This document shows, piece after piece, positions 19,366 to 30,096 of a stretch of 64,000 nt of DNA (position 1 is the first letter of the stretch; every line of letters starts with the position of its first letter). The stretch lies in the IMG/VR virus record IMGVR_UViG_2925897562_000001; one strand, given 5' to 3'. The position numbers and the translations under genes were made by a program. Under the pieces are notes generated by a model. It saw only the letters and a program-made list of their open reading frames with translations. It was not told where the DNA came from and made no database searches. The DNA comes from a virus. Lineage: Duplodnaviria > Heunggongvirae > Uroviricota > Caudoviricetes.

Positions 19366-20217
19366 ATGATAAATTATGTCTACGGCGAACAACTGTACCA
19401 GGAGTTCGTCAGCTTCAGGGATCTCTTTCTAAAAAAAGCTGTTGCACGCGCCCAACACGTTGATGCCGCCAGCGACGGTCGTCCTGTACGCCCGGTTGTC
19501 GTTCTGCCGTTCAAAGAAACTGACAGCATTCAGGCTGAAATTGATAAATGGACTTTAATGGCGCGGGAACTGGAACAGTACCCAGACCTCAATATCCCAA
19601 AGACTATTTTATATCCAGTACCTAACATCCTTCGCGGTGTGCGTAAGGTTACGACTTATCAGACAGAAGCTGTGAACAGCGTCAACATGACCGCTGGCCG
19701 CATTATTCATCTGATTGATAAGGACATTCGCATCCAGAAAAGCGCAGGGATCAATGAGCACAGTGCGAAATACATAGAGAACCTGGAAGCAACAAAAGAG
19801 CTAATGAAGCAGTACCCGGAGGATGAAAAATTCCGTATGCGCGTACACGGCTTTAGCGAAACAATGCTGCGCGTCCATTACATTTCTAGTAGCCCTAACT
19901 ACAATGATGGTAAATCAGTTAGTTACCATGTGCCGCTATGTGGTGTGTTTATCTGCGATGAAACTCTCCGTGATGGAATTATCATCAACGGTGAATTCGA
20001 GAAAGCAAAATTTAGCCTTTATGACTCTATAGAACCGATCATCTGCGACCGCTGGCCGCAGGCAAAAATATATCGCCTGGCAGATATTGAAAATGTAAAA
20101 AAACAAATTGCCATCACTCGCGAAGAGAAAAAGGTCAAATCAGCCGCATCAGTTACGCGCAGCCGTAAAACTAAGAAAGGGCAGCCAGTAAACGACAACC
20201 CCGAAAGCGCGCAATAG
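19366..20217 (+). CDS. c1: C1 repressor of lysis
   Basis: 283 aa; matches recalled P1 C1 (MINYVYGEQLYQEFVSFRDLFLKKAVARAQ...); GGAGGAGG SD. Confidence 0.97.
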   Translation: MINYVYGEQLYQEFVSFRDLFLKKAVARAQHVDAASDGRPVRPVVVLPFKETDSIQAEIDKWTLMARELEQYPDLNIPKTILYPVPNILRGVRKVTTYQTEAVNSVNMTAGRIIHLIDKDIRIQKSAGINEHSAKYIENLEATKELMKQYPEDEKFRMRVHGFSETMLRVHYISSSPNYNDGKSVSYHVPLCGVFICDETLRDGIIINGEFEKAKFSLYDSIEPIICDRWPQAKIYRLADIENVKKQIAITREEKKVKSAASVTRSRKTKKGQPVNDNPESAQ

Positions 20218-20241
20218 TTTCCATCCGGCATGGTCAATGAG

Positions 20242-21726
20242 TTATTCATTAAGCCATGCCAGAGCTTCATCAACCTGCGCTTCGTCTTCGACGCTAAGCA
20301 CTTCATCCTGGGGAACATAATCCGCCAGCATAGCGAAACAATATGTATCCCAATGGTCTGGTGAGTGCAGGTTGAGTTTTTTCTTCATATCCTCCTTACT
20401 CATCACCTTCCATTGACCTGCGGAGTTAATCCCTACAGGGATTTTCGACGCTTCCTCAATAGTTTCATTACCCTTATCCAGTCTCATACGACCAGATTTT
20501 ACGGCCTCTGCGGCTTGAACGTTGGCATAAGCACGTTTATCAAAGTACAGGCTCTTATCTTCACGGCTATGCATCTTTTTACCCCAGCGTATACGCTGTA
20601 CGGTAATACCATAATACTCGTACATCAGATCCGCCGTTGCTTTACCCAGCCCATCGCCGTCTATCGCTATGGTGATATTTGGGAATCGCTCAGGATTACA
20701 TTCTGCGAAAATTTTGGCGGCAAGCTGCGTTTCTGTAACGTCTGTGTATTCCAGCATTCGATAGTTGATTACACGGCGTTTATTTCTCTGGCCGGACACC
20801 ATCATGATATTGATAACGGACTTATCCCGTCCCGTACCACCAGCAACGTCCACACATGCAAGCCAGCCCCATCCTTTGGCAATCTTGACTTTCCGCCGCG
20901 TCGCACGTTCAACCTCATCACGTCCAAGAAGGAAGCCATCCTGTGATTTAGGGAATAGTCCGCGTACCTTAATCATGTACATAGGGTTATCACGCCCGCC
21001 GTACTCCGCCAGCTTCATTTTGATAAATGCTGGCGTTACCAGCGGTGATTCCTCACTGTTAAGCGTGATCGCCGTATAAACGCCATCAGGGTTACCAGGA
21101 CGCTTGGCCAGTTTATGGTGAGTATCGTAGAAATAGCCGCTTGGGCGTGTAGGCTGTGACAGTAATAAGATGCGGTTATCCTGTCCGGTAAGAGCACCGG
21201 TGATGATACCGAAAGCTCTATCACTGACACCGGAGGCTTCATCGATAATATACAGAAGATGATCTGCGTGTTCACCGGCGAGAGCTTCTTCACTTCCCAG
21301 ACGAAAGCCCTTCGGTACTACAGTCCATACACCTTTACCAGTAACCTCATAGAAAGCGGTTTCTGTCAGAACAAAATAATCAGCAAGCCATGGAAAACGG
21401 CTGGTGGCAGTAGCCCAGTTTATCTTGATGTACTTGAATATACCGGTCATTACCTGCTGAATTTTGTTCGCAACGATAATGGCGCGGGCACCGGGATACA
21501 TGATTATGAACAACATGATCATGATAGAAGTCATGTCTGATTTCCCGGTACCGTGACCAGACGAAACAGATGTCTTGCTACCCTGTTCCTGCACAGACTC
21601 AATAATCAGATCCTGCTGCCAGGTAGGTGTTTTGCCGAACAAAACATCAGCGGCAGCAATCCAGTCATAACGATATAGCGCCACCAGCTCGCGCCAACGT
21701 GGATCCGTTACGCAACTTCTGGCCAT
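20242..21726 (-). CDS. pacB: terminase large subunit (pacase B)
   Basis: 494 aa; Walker A GHGTGKSD, Walker [11 protein letters not shown]; start overlaps pacA stop. Confidence 0.95.
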   Translation of the reverse strand: MARSCVTDPRWRELVALYRYDWIAAADVLFGKTPTWQQDLIIESVQEQGSKTSVSSGHGTGKSDMTSIMIMLFIIMYPGARAIIVANKIQQVMTGIFKYIKINWATATSRFPWLADYFVLTETAFYEVTGKGVWTVVPKGFRLGSEEALAGEHADHLLYIIDEASGVSDRAFGIITGALTGQDNRILLLSQPTRPSGYFYDTHHKLAKRPGNPDGVYTAITLNSEESPLVTPAFIKMKLAEYGGRDNPMYMIKVRGLFPKSQDGFLLGRDEVERATRRKVKIAKGWGWLACVDVAGGTGRDKSVINIMMVSGQRNKRRVINYRMLEYTDVTETQLAAKIFAECNPERFPNITIAIDGDGLGKATADLMYEYYGITVQRIRWGKKMHSREDKSLYFDKRAYANVQAAEAVKSGRMRLDKGNETIEEASKIPVGINSAGQWKVMSKEDMKKKLNLHSPDHWDTYCFAMLADYVPQDEVLSVEDEAQVDEALAWLNE

Positions 21727-22919
21727 TAATCATCATCCCCGTATAGCTTGCGGGTAACTTCTTCGTCTTCCTCCTCGTCTTCGTCCAGGTCTTGTTCCAG
21801 CCATGGGTCGTTTGATACACCTTCAGTATCAACATCTCCATAACCGCCTGTATCAACGATATCGGCGATTTCTTCCCTACGCTGCTCAATCCACAATGCG
21901 GCATCGGCGCGGCGGTTGGCGGCCCGTTCTCGCGCAACTTTGTCCAGATCTTCAAGAGAAGGGCCACCGACGGCTGTTTGCCTTTCCTCATCATCGGTAT
22001 TGGTCTTAGGAGCACGCAGATCGGCTTTGATTTGCTCCAGCATCAGGGGCGGCACTTTTCCGCCATGCGCCTCGATGAATTCAGCTGCTTCCAGCACTGA
22101 CCAGTTATTTTCACGCTTTCGTTCGTATGCCAGCTTAACAATGCCAGCTTGCCCCATAGATAAAGCGTGCTTTTCCGCCTCCCGGCTTTCTTTTCGATAG
22201 TTATTCCGGATGCTGTAAATGGTGTTGATCAGGCTGCTTATCTGCGCGGAACAGCTGTTTAGCATGCTCGCGATACGATATTCAGGCGGAGTCCCTTCAT
22301 CATCGTCTTTTTGCTGATCGCGCATTTCCTGCACCAGACGAATACACGTATCCCTGGCGTTCTCCAGCATAAGGAGATGAGAAAGTGACTTTTCCAGAAG
22401 AGTGGTTTCCAGAACATCGGCCCCGGACCGACGCAACATAGCGCGCGCGGCCTTCCGCGCTTCAACGTTATCTATCAGGTAATCGCCAGCTTCGAATTCA
22501 AAGCGTTCACCATCATCATCCAGGGTGTCGCGTTCCAGGCGATCACGTAAGGTCCGGTGGGCGCGGGTGATCACGTCATGATCATCAGAACGATCATTTA
22601 TGCGCTTATTTTGGCGCTTCGCATTCTCGACTGCGGCACTGACAACGGCATTAACCCTTTGTTTTTCCGCTATTTCAGCCGCAATGTGATCACCTGCATG
22701 TTGATCATTAGAGTGATCAATGATCATGCTTTTTAGTGGCTTCCTGACTGGCTTATTTGGCTTGCGGCTGTCCGCTGTCCTGGTGTCTTCTTTGAAGGCA
22801 CGGAGATAACGACGTGCAGTATTAGGGTTAAGATTAAACTCGGCGGCATACTGTGCGATGGTGTAACCACCATCTCGCGCCAGGCGAGCAAAATTCTTCT
22901 TGTGATCGTCCCAGGTCAC
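21726..22919 (-). CDS. pacA: terminase small subunit (pacase A)
   Basis: 397 aa, GTG start with AGGAAG SD; acidic C-terminus; contains the pac site. Confidence 0.95.
   Translation of the reverse strand: MTWDDHKKNFARLARDGGYTIAQYAAEFNLNPNTARRYLRAFKEDTRTADSRKPNKPVRKPLKSMIIDHSNDQHAGDHIAAEIAEKQRVNAVVSAAVENAKRQNKRINDRSDDHDVITRAHRTLRDRLERDTLDDDGERFEFEAGDYLIDNVEARKAARAMLRRSGADVLETTLLEKSLSHLLMLENARDTCIRLVQEMRDQQKDDDEGTPPEYRIASMLNSCSAQISSLINTIYSIRNNYRKESREAEKHALSMGQAGIVKLAYERKRENNWSVLEAAEFIEAHGGKVPPLMLEQIKADLRAPKTNTDDEERQTAVGGPSLEDLDKVARERAANRRADAALWIEQRREEIADIVDTGGYGDVDTEGVSNDPWLEQDLDEDEEEDEEVTRKLYGDDD
22565..22727. other. pac: pac packaging site: two clusters of TGATCA/G hexamers (Dam sites) inside pacA
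   Basis: hexamers at 22567, 22579, 22591 and 22686, 22701, 22714, 22720 read directly. Confidence 0.7.
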
Positions 22920-22954
22920 TTATGCTTCCTTTCGTAAAAACTCTTTTTGACGCG

Positions 22955-22976
22955 AGGGTAACGAAAGTCACATGTC
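22955..22976 (-). promoter_or_regulatory. late-promoter-like element (minus strand GACATGTGACT-N5-TACCCT) upstream of pacA
   Basis: box-N5-TANNNT arrangement about 35 bp upstream of pacA start. Confidence 0.45.
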
Positions 22977-23004
22977 AAAAGGCCCGGAACGGGCAAGCAA
23001 TCAA

Positions 23005-23427
23005 TCAGATACGTGCGGATGTGGCATTACCGTAATGACGGTGCTGACGGGCCACCTTATTGAAAAGTTGACGCGCCATTACCCAAGGCTGGTGCTCCCG
23101 GCGTTCCTTTTCGTCCTGCGTCATATAGAGTTCGTTCTGGAGTTTTTCATCAAACCGGCGCGGAGCGCGGCTACGGCGAAAGAATTCAGGATTCAGAGAG
23201 TGGATCTGAAATCTACGTGGGCGTGTACTGTCATCAATCAAAACAGACGAATACTTAGACACAGCGATAGCCTTTAAGCGCAGATAAACATCGCGCTTAT
23301 CGACATCCAGATGCGGGTATTCCTTTTCAAGAATTGCTGCGAGTTCTTTCGCTGATAGAAGAGATTTAGTGCGGATCATGTAATCCGCAATCTCGTACGA
23401 TGTTATTCGTGAGTGATTTATTTCCAT
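23005..23427 (-). CDS. lpa: late promoter activator
   Basis: 140 aa from ATG 23427; position upstream of pacA as in P1. Confidence 0.8.
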   Translation of the reverse strand: MEINHSRITSYEIADYMIRTKSLLSAKELAAILEKEYPHLDVDKRDVYLRLKAIAVSKYSSVLIDDSTRPRRFQIHSLNPEFFRRSRAPRRFDEKLQNELYMTQDEKERREHQPWVMARQLFNKVARQHRHYGNATSARI

Positions 23428-23527
23428 GAAGTGGCGTCCCTGCCAGTTAAGTAACATCCTGTCACCTACTGATTAGCCCATGTCAACTAATCAACGTGGA
23501 ATATAATACCCTCGATTAAAGAAATAG

Positions 23528-23544
23528 CAATACATTAGAGCAAT
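23528..23544 (-). promoter_or_regulatory. C1 operator (ATTGCTCTAAT core) upstream of lpa
   Basis: core match to consensus; lpa is C1-controlled in P1. Confidence 0.5.
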
Positions 23545-23545
23545 T

Positions 23546-24589
23546 TTATCTAACGCTCGACGAGTGACTTGTGATAGCGCCGACTCCAAGCGCGTAATCA
23601 AAGAACAATCGTTGATGCATCGCCAGCCTACCGTGCGTCTTCTCCCAATTATCGCGGTCACGCTCAATATCACGCTGGCATGACTGGCACAGAGGAATTG
23701 CGTAAATGTCATGCGCGCATAATCGACTATGACGAACGATATAAGGCGTAATGTGAGCGCCAGCTCCCGCCGCTCCACACCCACAGCATGGACGGGAAGC
23801 AACAAAGTCCATGTACTCAGGTAATTTTAGCGATTGCAGTTTTGGTATTTTGAAATGCGCCATGCCAGGGTCGGAGTCAACATCCACAGGGCATACTTTT
23901 GCACGCATCGGCGCGGCGCGTTCTTCCATCATCTGAACATATGCTGTAGCGCGATCGTCATACGGGCGAATATCCGCCTCTTTCAGAGGTCCGCTATCCT
24001 GCGTTGCGGCTTTCATCTTATTTATTGATATACGGCAAACTTCTTCCGGCATCAGGTGCATCATGTTGCGCATGAAAGCCCACCAGCACAGTTCCTGAAT
24101 ACTTAAATCATGGCCATCTGAAAGCCCCATTTCCTGACGGGCGACATCCAGTATCCAGTTAACGCGATTATTATGCAGCGTTTCTTTCAGCTCATTAAAA
24201 CCACGCATCCGGTAATGGTTATCGTGATGCCAGCACAACAACACCGCGCTATTGTCTCGTTCTGCGTGGACAATATGGTTGTCACACCAGCTACGATCTG
24301 CGGCCTGGCATTGCCCCTCTTTCCTGCGCAACCACGCCACCAGCGCGTCAATTCCACCAATACGGCGAAACAGTTCATCGCTGTTAAAAAACGGCTGCAA
24401 CGCCTCATTTGTTGCCATAGTTTGCTCGGAAACAACGAGGCCGTCGTCCATGTGCTCGATTAACTCACGCGGCACCGGCTCCATAATAAATTTACGGCCA
24501 GCCTCCACCAGCTTTCTGACTTCCTGATCCACTTTGAATGTGGCGACGCCAAGCTCTTTTTGTACAAAGGGAGTAATTACGGCTTTCAC
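23546..24589 (-). CDS. hypothetical Cys-rich protein downstream of doc (post-doc region)
   Basis: 347 aa; CxxC/CxxC cluster (CCGCG...CQSCQ); P1 synteny suggests pdc-region gene. Confidence 0.6.
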   Translation of the reverse strand: MKAVITPFVQKELGVATFKVDQEVRKLVEAGRKFIMEPVPRELIEHMDDGLVVSEQTMATNEALQPFFNSDELFRRIGGIDALVAWLRRKEGQCQAADRSWCDNHIVHAERDNSAVLLCWHHDNHYRMRGFNELKETLHNNRVNWILDVARQEMGLSDGHDLSIQELCWWAFMRNMMHLMPEEVCRISINKMKAATQDSGPLKEADIRPYDDRATAYVQMMEERAAPMRAKVCPVDVDSDPGMAHFKIPKLQSLKLPEYMDFVASRPCCGCGAAGAGAHITPYIVRHSRLCAHDIYAIPLCQSCQRDIERDRDNWEKTHGRLAMHQRLFFDYALGVGAITSHSSSVR

Positions 24590-24616
24590 ATCACACCTTT
24601 CATCACTGATTGGGCT

Positions 24617-24796
24617 TTATCTGCTGCCCGGCATTCTCTGTTTAAGCACAACCATTTCCTGACGGCATAACACAGCAATAGCAGTCCTGGCTCCAATTTG
24701 CTTACCAACCAGGTATTGCTTTACCTTGCGGCGACTCACGCCATCAAGAAGCATCTTTAACGCTTCACGGGACAATTTGTTGTATTTGCGTGCCAT
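24617..24796 (-). CDS. small basic protein downstream of doc
   Basis: 59 aa from ATG 24796, 4 nt after doc stop. Confidence 0.45.
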   Translation of the reverse strand: MARKYNKLSREALKMLLDGVSRRKVKQYLVGKQIGARTAIAVLCRQEMVVLKQRMPGSR

Positions 24797-24800
24797 TAAT

Positions 24801-25181
24801 CTACTCCGCAGAACCATACAATCTACGTAACGTGTCGGCGACAGAAGATACAGATATCTCGCCAGTCGCAGCGCCTACAGTAAGGTCTGCCAGTTCAGGT
24901 GAATCAAATACCTGCACCCCGTTACGGCGTAGAAATAGCAGCGCACTGTTTAGCGCGGTACGCTTATTGGCATCATTGAATATATGCCCTCTCGCTGTAG
25001 CCACCAGGTAGGTGGCGGAGACTTCGAAAAGGTCGGTGATCTCTTCGTAGGCAACTCTGGCCTGAACTCTCCCGATAATGGCCTCTGCCCTACCCGGATC
25101 TGACATTCCCGGCAGGCCGCCGTAGCGGCTTATATTCGCATCATGAAGCGCAATAAGTTCTTCCGGTGATATATGCCTCAT
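24801..25181 (-). CDS. doc: Doc toxin (Fic-family kinase) of phd-doc addiction module
   Basis: 126 aa; matches recalled P1 Doc ([22 protein letters not shown]...). Confidence 0.97.
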
Positions 25182-25402
25182 TATCGGTTAACCAGTTCCT
25201 TGTTGGTGGAGTCCAGGGTGTCAAACAGGGATGCAAATTCAGCATCCAGCGCCGCTTTTTTGTAGGCTTCGAAAGTAGCCTTGCTGACAATTACTGCTGG
25301 CTCACGGCCTCTGCGGGTGATTTCAACCTCTTCCCCGGCTTCAACATTGTTGAGCACTTCAGAAAGGTTGCCACGCGCGGTACGGAAGTTAATGGATTGC
25401 AT
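25181..25402 (-). CDS. phd: Phd antitoxin
   Basis: 73 aa from ATG 25402 ([32 protein letters not shown]...); stop overlaps doc start. Confidence 0.95.
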
Positions 25403-25474
25403 AAACACCTCGTGTACTCGTTATGTGTACACAATTATAAACTTCACAGGCATAAAGCACCAGCACTTTGCAGC

Positions 25475-25864
25475 TTAAATAACCGGACAATCATCAAATT
25501 CCCCACTTCGGGCATCATTGATGACATGAGTGATCACACCAAAAACAGCATTACTGCCCGTGTATCCATCGTCATCTACTGGTAACGCCTCTTTCTTCCC
25601 GGTGCTTAAATCCTCCAGGTGCTGGCGCGGATACTTCCTGTATCTCTTTATGCGATATTCACCCTCCATAGCGCACACAAGCAGAGAACCATCAACCGGA
25701 GTAAGCGAGGAATCAACCACCAGCAAAGCACCCTGCAATATTCCCTCACGGTGATGGCTATCAGCTGCCCGCATGAAGTAGGTCGCTGAAGGATGTCTAA
25801 TTATCTGCTGATCAAGAGAAATTCGGCTTTCAACATAATCCGCCGCAGGAGAAGGGAAGCCCAT
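25475..25864 (-). CDS. humD: UmuD'-like SOS mutagenesis protein homolog
   Basis: 129 aa, S24-peptidase/UmuD-like C-terminal domain without the N-terminal cleavable arm. Confidence 0.9.
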   Translation of the reverse strand: MGFPSPAADYVESRISLDQQIIRHPSATYFMRAADSHHREGILQGALLVVDSSLTPVDGSLLVCAMEGEYRIKRYRKYPRQHLEDLSTGKKEALPVDDDGYTGSNAVFGVITHVINDARSGEFDDCPVI

Positions 25865-25882
25865 AGCGTTTTACCTCAATGA

Positions 25883-25902
25883 TACTGTTTATTCATACAG
25901 TA
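25883..25902. promoter_or_regulatory. LexA box TACTGTTTATTCATACAGTA upstream of humD
   Basis: perfect CTGT-N8-ACAG palindrome. Confidence 0.75.
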
Positions 25903-25987
25903 TACATTGAAAAGGCATAGTTTGTGAAAGCGGGGTTTGTAGGCGCGCCACGCTGGGGGCTAATCACATTTCTCCCCCATCTTGCCG

Positions 25988-26239
25988 TTATTTTTTTGGT
26001 GCATCCTCGTTCTGATACACCGGATCGCTCCCTTTTGGCAACTGGAGGCTTAACTGCCGGTAGTGCCGTAGCCGTTCCATGAAATAGGCGCGCAGGTTTT
26101 CCGGTTGCTCACGGGCCACCTGCTCTGCAATCACAGGTATATTCAGCCGTTCTTTGTAAGCAACGCCGCTGGCGGCAAGGTCTACGTTCACCTTGTCTCG
26201 CTCTTCCTGGCTTTTAGCTGCTATATTTCGATCTGACAC
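25988..26239 (-). CDS. hot: homolog of DNA polymerase III theta subunit
   Basis: 83 aa; [43 protein letters not shown] closely resembles recalled E. coli HolE; GTG start with GGAGG SD. Confidence 0.85.
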   Translation of the reverse strand: MSDRNIAAKSQEERDKVNVDLAASGVAYKERLNIPVIAEQVAREQPENLRAYFMERLRHYRQLSLQLPKGSDPVYQNEDAPKK

Positions 26240-26271
26240 AAGAAACCTCCAGGAGTTAGTGGATCAGGCAC

Positions 26272-26622
26272 ATGCACAATAACGTTCTCAATGTTAGCCG
26301 TTCAATTCAGACAATCAGAGACTGGACCAGTGTGGTGGCATCAATCCCATTGCGGAACAGCATAGACGAACTGCAAATTCGTGTATTGAATCCGAATCAG
26401 GCTAATAAGCAATTGCGCTTTATTTTGACGCTGAAAAGTGAAACAGAGGGGATAAAGCACAGCGTAAAAGTGTTTTCTGAGGCCATTCTGCTTAATGGGA
26501 AGCTCCGGCATCTGGTAAGGCCAGAACGTCAATATCCTGACGTCCTGGCGCGTGAAAAAGACCTTCTTTCTGAAGTTCAGGATAGGGTGATCGATTTCGT
26601 CAAATGCTATCCCCTGCATTGA
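26272..26622 (+). CDS. hypothetical protein (only plus-strand ORF in a minus-strand cluster)
   Basis: 116 aa ORF, weak RBS. Confidence 0.3.
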   Translation: MHNNVLNVSRSIQTIRDWTSVVASIPLRNSIDELQIRVLNPNQANKQLRFILTLKSETEGIKHSVKVFSEAILLNGKLRHLVRPERQYPDVLAREKDLLSEVQDRVIDFVKCYPLH

Positions 26623-26891
26623 GGGCAGGTGTTCCCTTCCGCAAAGTAGGGAAAATTGCTATCAAGTTCATCACACCATCTGCGTTGGTCGTAGCACCAA
26701 AACGCCTCCCACGGTGCACGGAAATACTTCATCCACCAGGACACTCGATCAGGTATATCTGCTGGTGGCAGTTCTTCTGGCAATAATTTGCCTGATAATT
26801 CCCTTTCCGCCCGCGACAGCATTTTTTTGAGGCTCGCGTTCTCTTTTTCAAGCTCATCTACGCGCACCTGTAATTCAGCTTTCGTTGGCAT
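26607..26891 (-). CDS. hypothetical coiled-coil protein with C-terminal CxxC
   Basis: 94 aa from ATG 26891; overlaps upstream ORF end. Confidence 0.45.
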   Translation of the reverse strand: MPTKAELQVRVDELEKENASLKKMLSRAERELSGKLLPEELPPADIPDRVSWWMKYFRAPWEAFWCYDQRRWCDELDSNFPYFAEGNTCPQCRG

Positions 26892-27813
26892 GGTCCACCT
26901 CATGCTTTTCAGCCACCAGCGGCAATAAAGCCCTGGCCATCTTATGAACCAATAGTGCATCAATAATGCCAAGCGTATGCCCCGGCTTAATGTTTAATGC
27001 CGCCTCAAGGTGACACCTTTCCAGGTCACTTTTCTCGGCTTGTTTATGATGATCTGGTGTAATAACGTCGCCCAAAACACGGCTAATTCTTTCTCGTAAT
27101 TGCTGGGTGCCAGCACACTTGATCGCTGTATCGTGGAGACGGTTAACCAGTTCGCGATAAACATGCGGCTTAATGCGGATACGTTCACCGGTGACGCCCT
27201 TTCCTGGCGCTGGCACCGAACTATCCGGAATATCCGGATAGTTGCCAGCCTCGTAAGCTACCCACAGCCAGTGCATGAATGTTTCAGTGGACACACAACC
27301 ACAGTCCACATCGATTTTCCCGCGTTGCTGTTCCAGCCATTGCCCAAAATCCAACCTGTAAGTCTTACTTTCAAGTTCATCACCATTGAACTCGACTTTC
27401 TGCGACGCTATGAGAGCTGATTCGTATTGTTCGCGAGTGACAACTGACTGGTATTCATCGCTATCAAGGCCACCAATTGGAAGCTCAATCTCACAACAAA
27501 AATTGCGCCCAAAGAAAGTGTCTTTTTTGTGGTCTGAGCCAAAAGCAAAAGTCGCGCATGGTGCCATTAAATTGACACTGGGTAGGTAACAATAACTCAT
27601 TCCATCAGGCCACCCGCCGCACTTAGGCAGCTCCTTCACTAACAAGTCGATAAGCTTCATTTTTTTATCATCTTTGCAAGCCGCCAAAGCCATTTGGGCA
27701 AGTGCCAATACTTCATCTGCCGTATATCCAGCACCGTGACCATACATTTCGATACGGGAAATAATCTCTGATATACGCTCTTCAGTGATTCTGGTCATTT
27801 CTTTTTGCGCCAT
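26875..27813 (-). CDS. hypothetical protein
   Basis: 312 aa ORF, ATG start. Confidence 0.6.
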   Translation of the reverse strand: MAQKEMTRITEERISEIISRIEMYGHGAGYTADEVLALAQMALAACKDDKKMKLIDLLVKELPKCGGWPDGMSYCYLPSVNLMAPCATFAFGSDHKKDTFFGRNFCCEIELPIGGLDSDEYQSVVTREQYESALIASQKVEFNGDELESKTYRLDFGQWLEQQRGKIDVDCGCVSTETFMHWLWVAYEAGNYPDIPDSSVPAPGKGVTGERIRIKPHVYRELVNRLHDTAIKCAGTQQLRERISRVLGDVITPDHHKQAEKSDLERCHLEAALNIKPGHTLGIIDALLVHKMARALLPLVAEKHEVDHANES

Positions 27814-28169
27814 TTCTTTTCACATTCCTTAGTCCATTTTTCAATGTTCATTTTGGCAATATCGGTCATTCCATCACCTAAGAAATACTTTCTCCGGTAT
27901 GTCTTGCACTTAAACCACACTACAACAGCCACCAGCCAGAAAATAAAAGGCCATACAGCAATACCAACGACTGCCGCGATAAAGCTCAATATCCATAAAT
28001 GAAGCTCTCCAACTTCTGTTTCCGGCAATATTCTTAAAGAATTAAACAGTAGGCTGAACGCATGGTCGTATGCATTGGCAGTATAAGACATGCAATCCAT
28101 ATAATTAAAGTCATAGCCTGCGGCTGCCGCCCATAATGGGCGGTCAAGAAAATGTTTTAGTGTCATCAT
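27795..28169 (-). CDS. hypothetical membrane protein (2 predicted TM helices, basic C-terminus)
   Basis: 124 aa; LWILSFIAAVVGIAVWPFIFWLVAVVVWF; AT-rich. Confidence 0.55.
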   Translation of the reverse strand: MMTLKHFLDRPLWAAAAGYDFNYMDCMSYTANAYDHAFSLLFNSLRILPETEVGELHLWILSFIAAVVGIAVWPFIFWLVAVVVWFKCKTYRRKYFLGDGMTDIAKMNIEKWTKECEKKWRKKK

Positions 28170-28175
28170 ATAAAT

Positions 28176-28469
28176 TTAAGGTTCAGACCAGTTATCTTCA
28201 ATAGCAATGCTTAATCTTTGTAGCCATTCTGCTAATTTCAGCATTGCTTCTCTTTCGCTTAAACCACGAGGAAAATCATCAAGCGAAATTGTTGGCTTGA
28301 AGCCCCCGTAATTATCCATTTCAACTGTCAGATTTTGCTCCAGCACGGTATTCCTTACGCGGCTATTGTGCCGAAGCAAATATACTGAACGTGATTTATT
28401 GGTTTTATGGTCAAACTGATATTCGGTAAGTATCATCTGGCTTTTGCCATGACTATTACCTCTCCACAT
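28176..28469 (-). CDS. hypothetical protein
   Basis: 97 aa from ATG 28469 (ORF track opens at TTG 28565); AT-rich. Confidence 0.45.
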   Translation of the reverse strand: MWRGNSHGKSQMILTEYQFDHKTNKSRSVYLLRHNSRVRNTVLEQNLTVEMDNYGGFKPTISLDDFPRGLSEREAMLKLAEWLQRLSIAIEDNWSEP

Positions 28470-28647
28470 ACTTACCTCACTTAATAAAACAACTCCATGC
28501 GTAGTTGATGATTTTTTCCCACGTAATATAAATCTGCACTCCGGCAGTAAAACCAAAGCCAACAATTGCTGAAAAAATCAAAACATTTACTTTTGACATT
28601 ATAAATTTTCTCTCGGTGTCGTAGGTGATAGCACCATAATTGATAAT

Positions 28648-28881
28648 TTAGTGAGTTAGCAGTTCCATTTTTTGGATGATTTCCGCATGAGCATCATCGT
28701 TATCAACACTTAACTCGTTTAATGCCTCTCGCACTACATCAACTTCTTCAGGCTGAAAGAAGTCGTCGCGGTAATCACCAAATAGAACCGAAACCAGCCT
28801 GCCACCAGCAACATCAAGATTGGCGCTAACAGGTGGCTCTTTGCCATCCTCAAATTCGACAACAAAAGTTAATTTTCCCAT
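28648..28881 (-). CDS. hypothetical acidic protein
   Basis: 77 aa ORF, AT-rich. Confidence 0.5.
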   Translation of the reverse strand: MGKLTFVVEFEDGKEPPVSANLDVAGGRLVSVLFGDYRDDFFQPEEVDVVREALNELSVDNDDAHAEIIQKMELLTH

Positions 28882-28957
28882 CGTTACCCCCAGAAGATAA
28901 AAATAGCGGCAATCGCCATAGCTACGCCTACAATCGCAAATGCTTCAGGCCAGCTCA

Positions 28958-29218
28958 TTACCGCACCTCAAGTCTCCATGCCGCCTGACCAATCCGGCTG
29001 GCATGGGTATCTTTGGATACTGTTCCGTCTTTAGCCAGCTCCATAAGAATTTTGCGCAAATCTGCCGAGCGCCATTCTTCATCAGGAAATTCCTTCTCCA
29101 TTGCCAACCGCAGATTCCAAGTTGCTATCGTGAATGGATATTCACCGCCGAGAGCTTTCTCTTGTAGGGCAGCACGGGAACGCATCACCTGCAAAACCTT
29201 CTCTTTTACATCCATCAT
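28958..29218 (-). CDS. hypothetical protein
   Basis: 86 aa from ATG 29218, ATGA overlap with upstream gene stop. Confidence 0.5.
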   Translation of the reverse strand: MMDVKEKVLQVMRSRAALQEKALGGEYPFTIATWNLRLAMEKEFPDEEWRSADLRKILMELAKDGTVSKDTHASRIGQAAWRLEVR

Positions 29219-30096
29219 TTCGCCTCCTGCGGCGGTTCTGGTAGCGGCATCCAGTGTGATGGAATCCACGACGCACCAGGAATTATCCAACCATCATTAG
29301 CGTCAGGATGTCCCGGTATGTAAGTCGCCCACTTCATTCGCCAGTCACCTTTCCCGTCAAACTCCCTGGCAACAAGAACAGCTGTTTTGCTATCCGGCAT
29401 TCGCTCACTACAGCTTATCCAATCATCCAGAGTTACCGGAGAATTGCCATTTACCAAGTCAGCTCGAACATATAGCGTGTCATCATGGTGCTGATTGTGG
29501 CTGCACCACGTTAATTCGCTTAACTCGCCATCTTCTGGCCATACTCCAGCCGTTTGCAGCCAGATATGGGCTGGCGCATCTTTGCAAGGTGTATTAACTG
29601 GCAACTTGTAAGTTTGGCTTACAGGTTCGGCACCATGAAGCATGGCGTCGCTCCGCTCTATGCCATCCAGCGCGATTCGCAGTGCATGAATTGTGGTAGA
29701 GCTATCGTTTGGGGCTATTCCATATCGCTCGAATACAGCTAAATGGTTGCGCATAATCTCAGGCGTAAGCTCTTTGTAAGCATAAGCAAGAGGCTCTGAT
29801 GCATTATCCGGCACAACCGACGCAGGCGCGGCAGCATAAACAGGAATAACGTCCGCTTGCTCTTTATTGCTTTCATCCGTTAAAGCCCAGAATAATTTCC
29901 CGGCCGGATGTTTGAAAATATAAGCAACTGGCTCTGCTTCCAGCGATGCCAGCGTAATTTCAGCCAGCTTGAGGTGAATAACCGCCGCATCATAAGCGCC
30001 TGGGACTCTTCCCACCGCAACGCGAAGAACCTCAATATTCTTCTTAGCCTGCTCAATCAACTGCTCTTTGGTGAACTCTTTGGTAATCGTGATCAT
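29215..30096 (-). CDS. hypothetical protein with DUF551-like C-terminus
   Basis: 293 aa; C-terminal WISCSERMPD...WMPLPEPP resembles the phage DUF551 pattern. Confidence 0.6.
   Translation of the reverse strand: MITITKEFTKEQLIEQAKKNIEVLRVAVGRVPGAYDAAVIHLKLAEITLASLEAEPVAYIFKHPAGKLFWALTDESNKEQADVIPVYAAAPASVVPDNASEPLAYAYKELTPEIMRNHLAVFERYGIAPNDSSTTIHALRIALDGIERSDAMLHGAEPVSQTYKLPVNTPCKDAPAHIWLQTAGVWPEDGELSELTWCSHNQHHDDTLYVRADLVNGNSPVTLDDWISCSERMPDSKTAVLVAREFDGKGDWRMKWATYIPGHPDANDGWIIPGASWIPSHWMPLPEPPQEAK

Noticed and set aside
26341-26619. 92-aa minus-strand ORF overlapping the 26272-26622 plus-strand ORF
   Set aside because: Composition gives no clear preference; kept only the plus-strand ORF at low confidence. 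The two cannot both be real.
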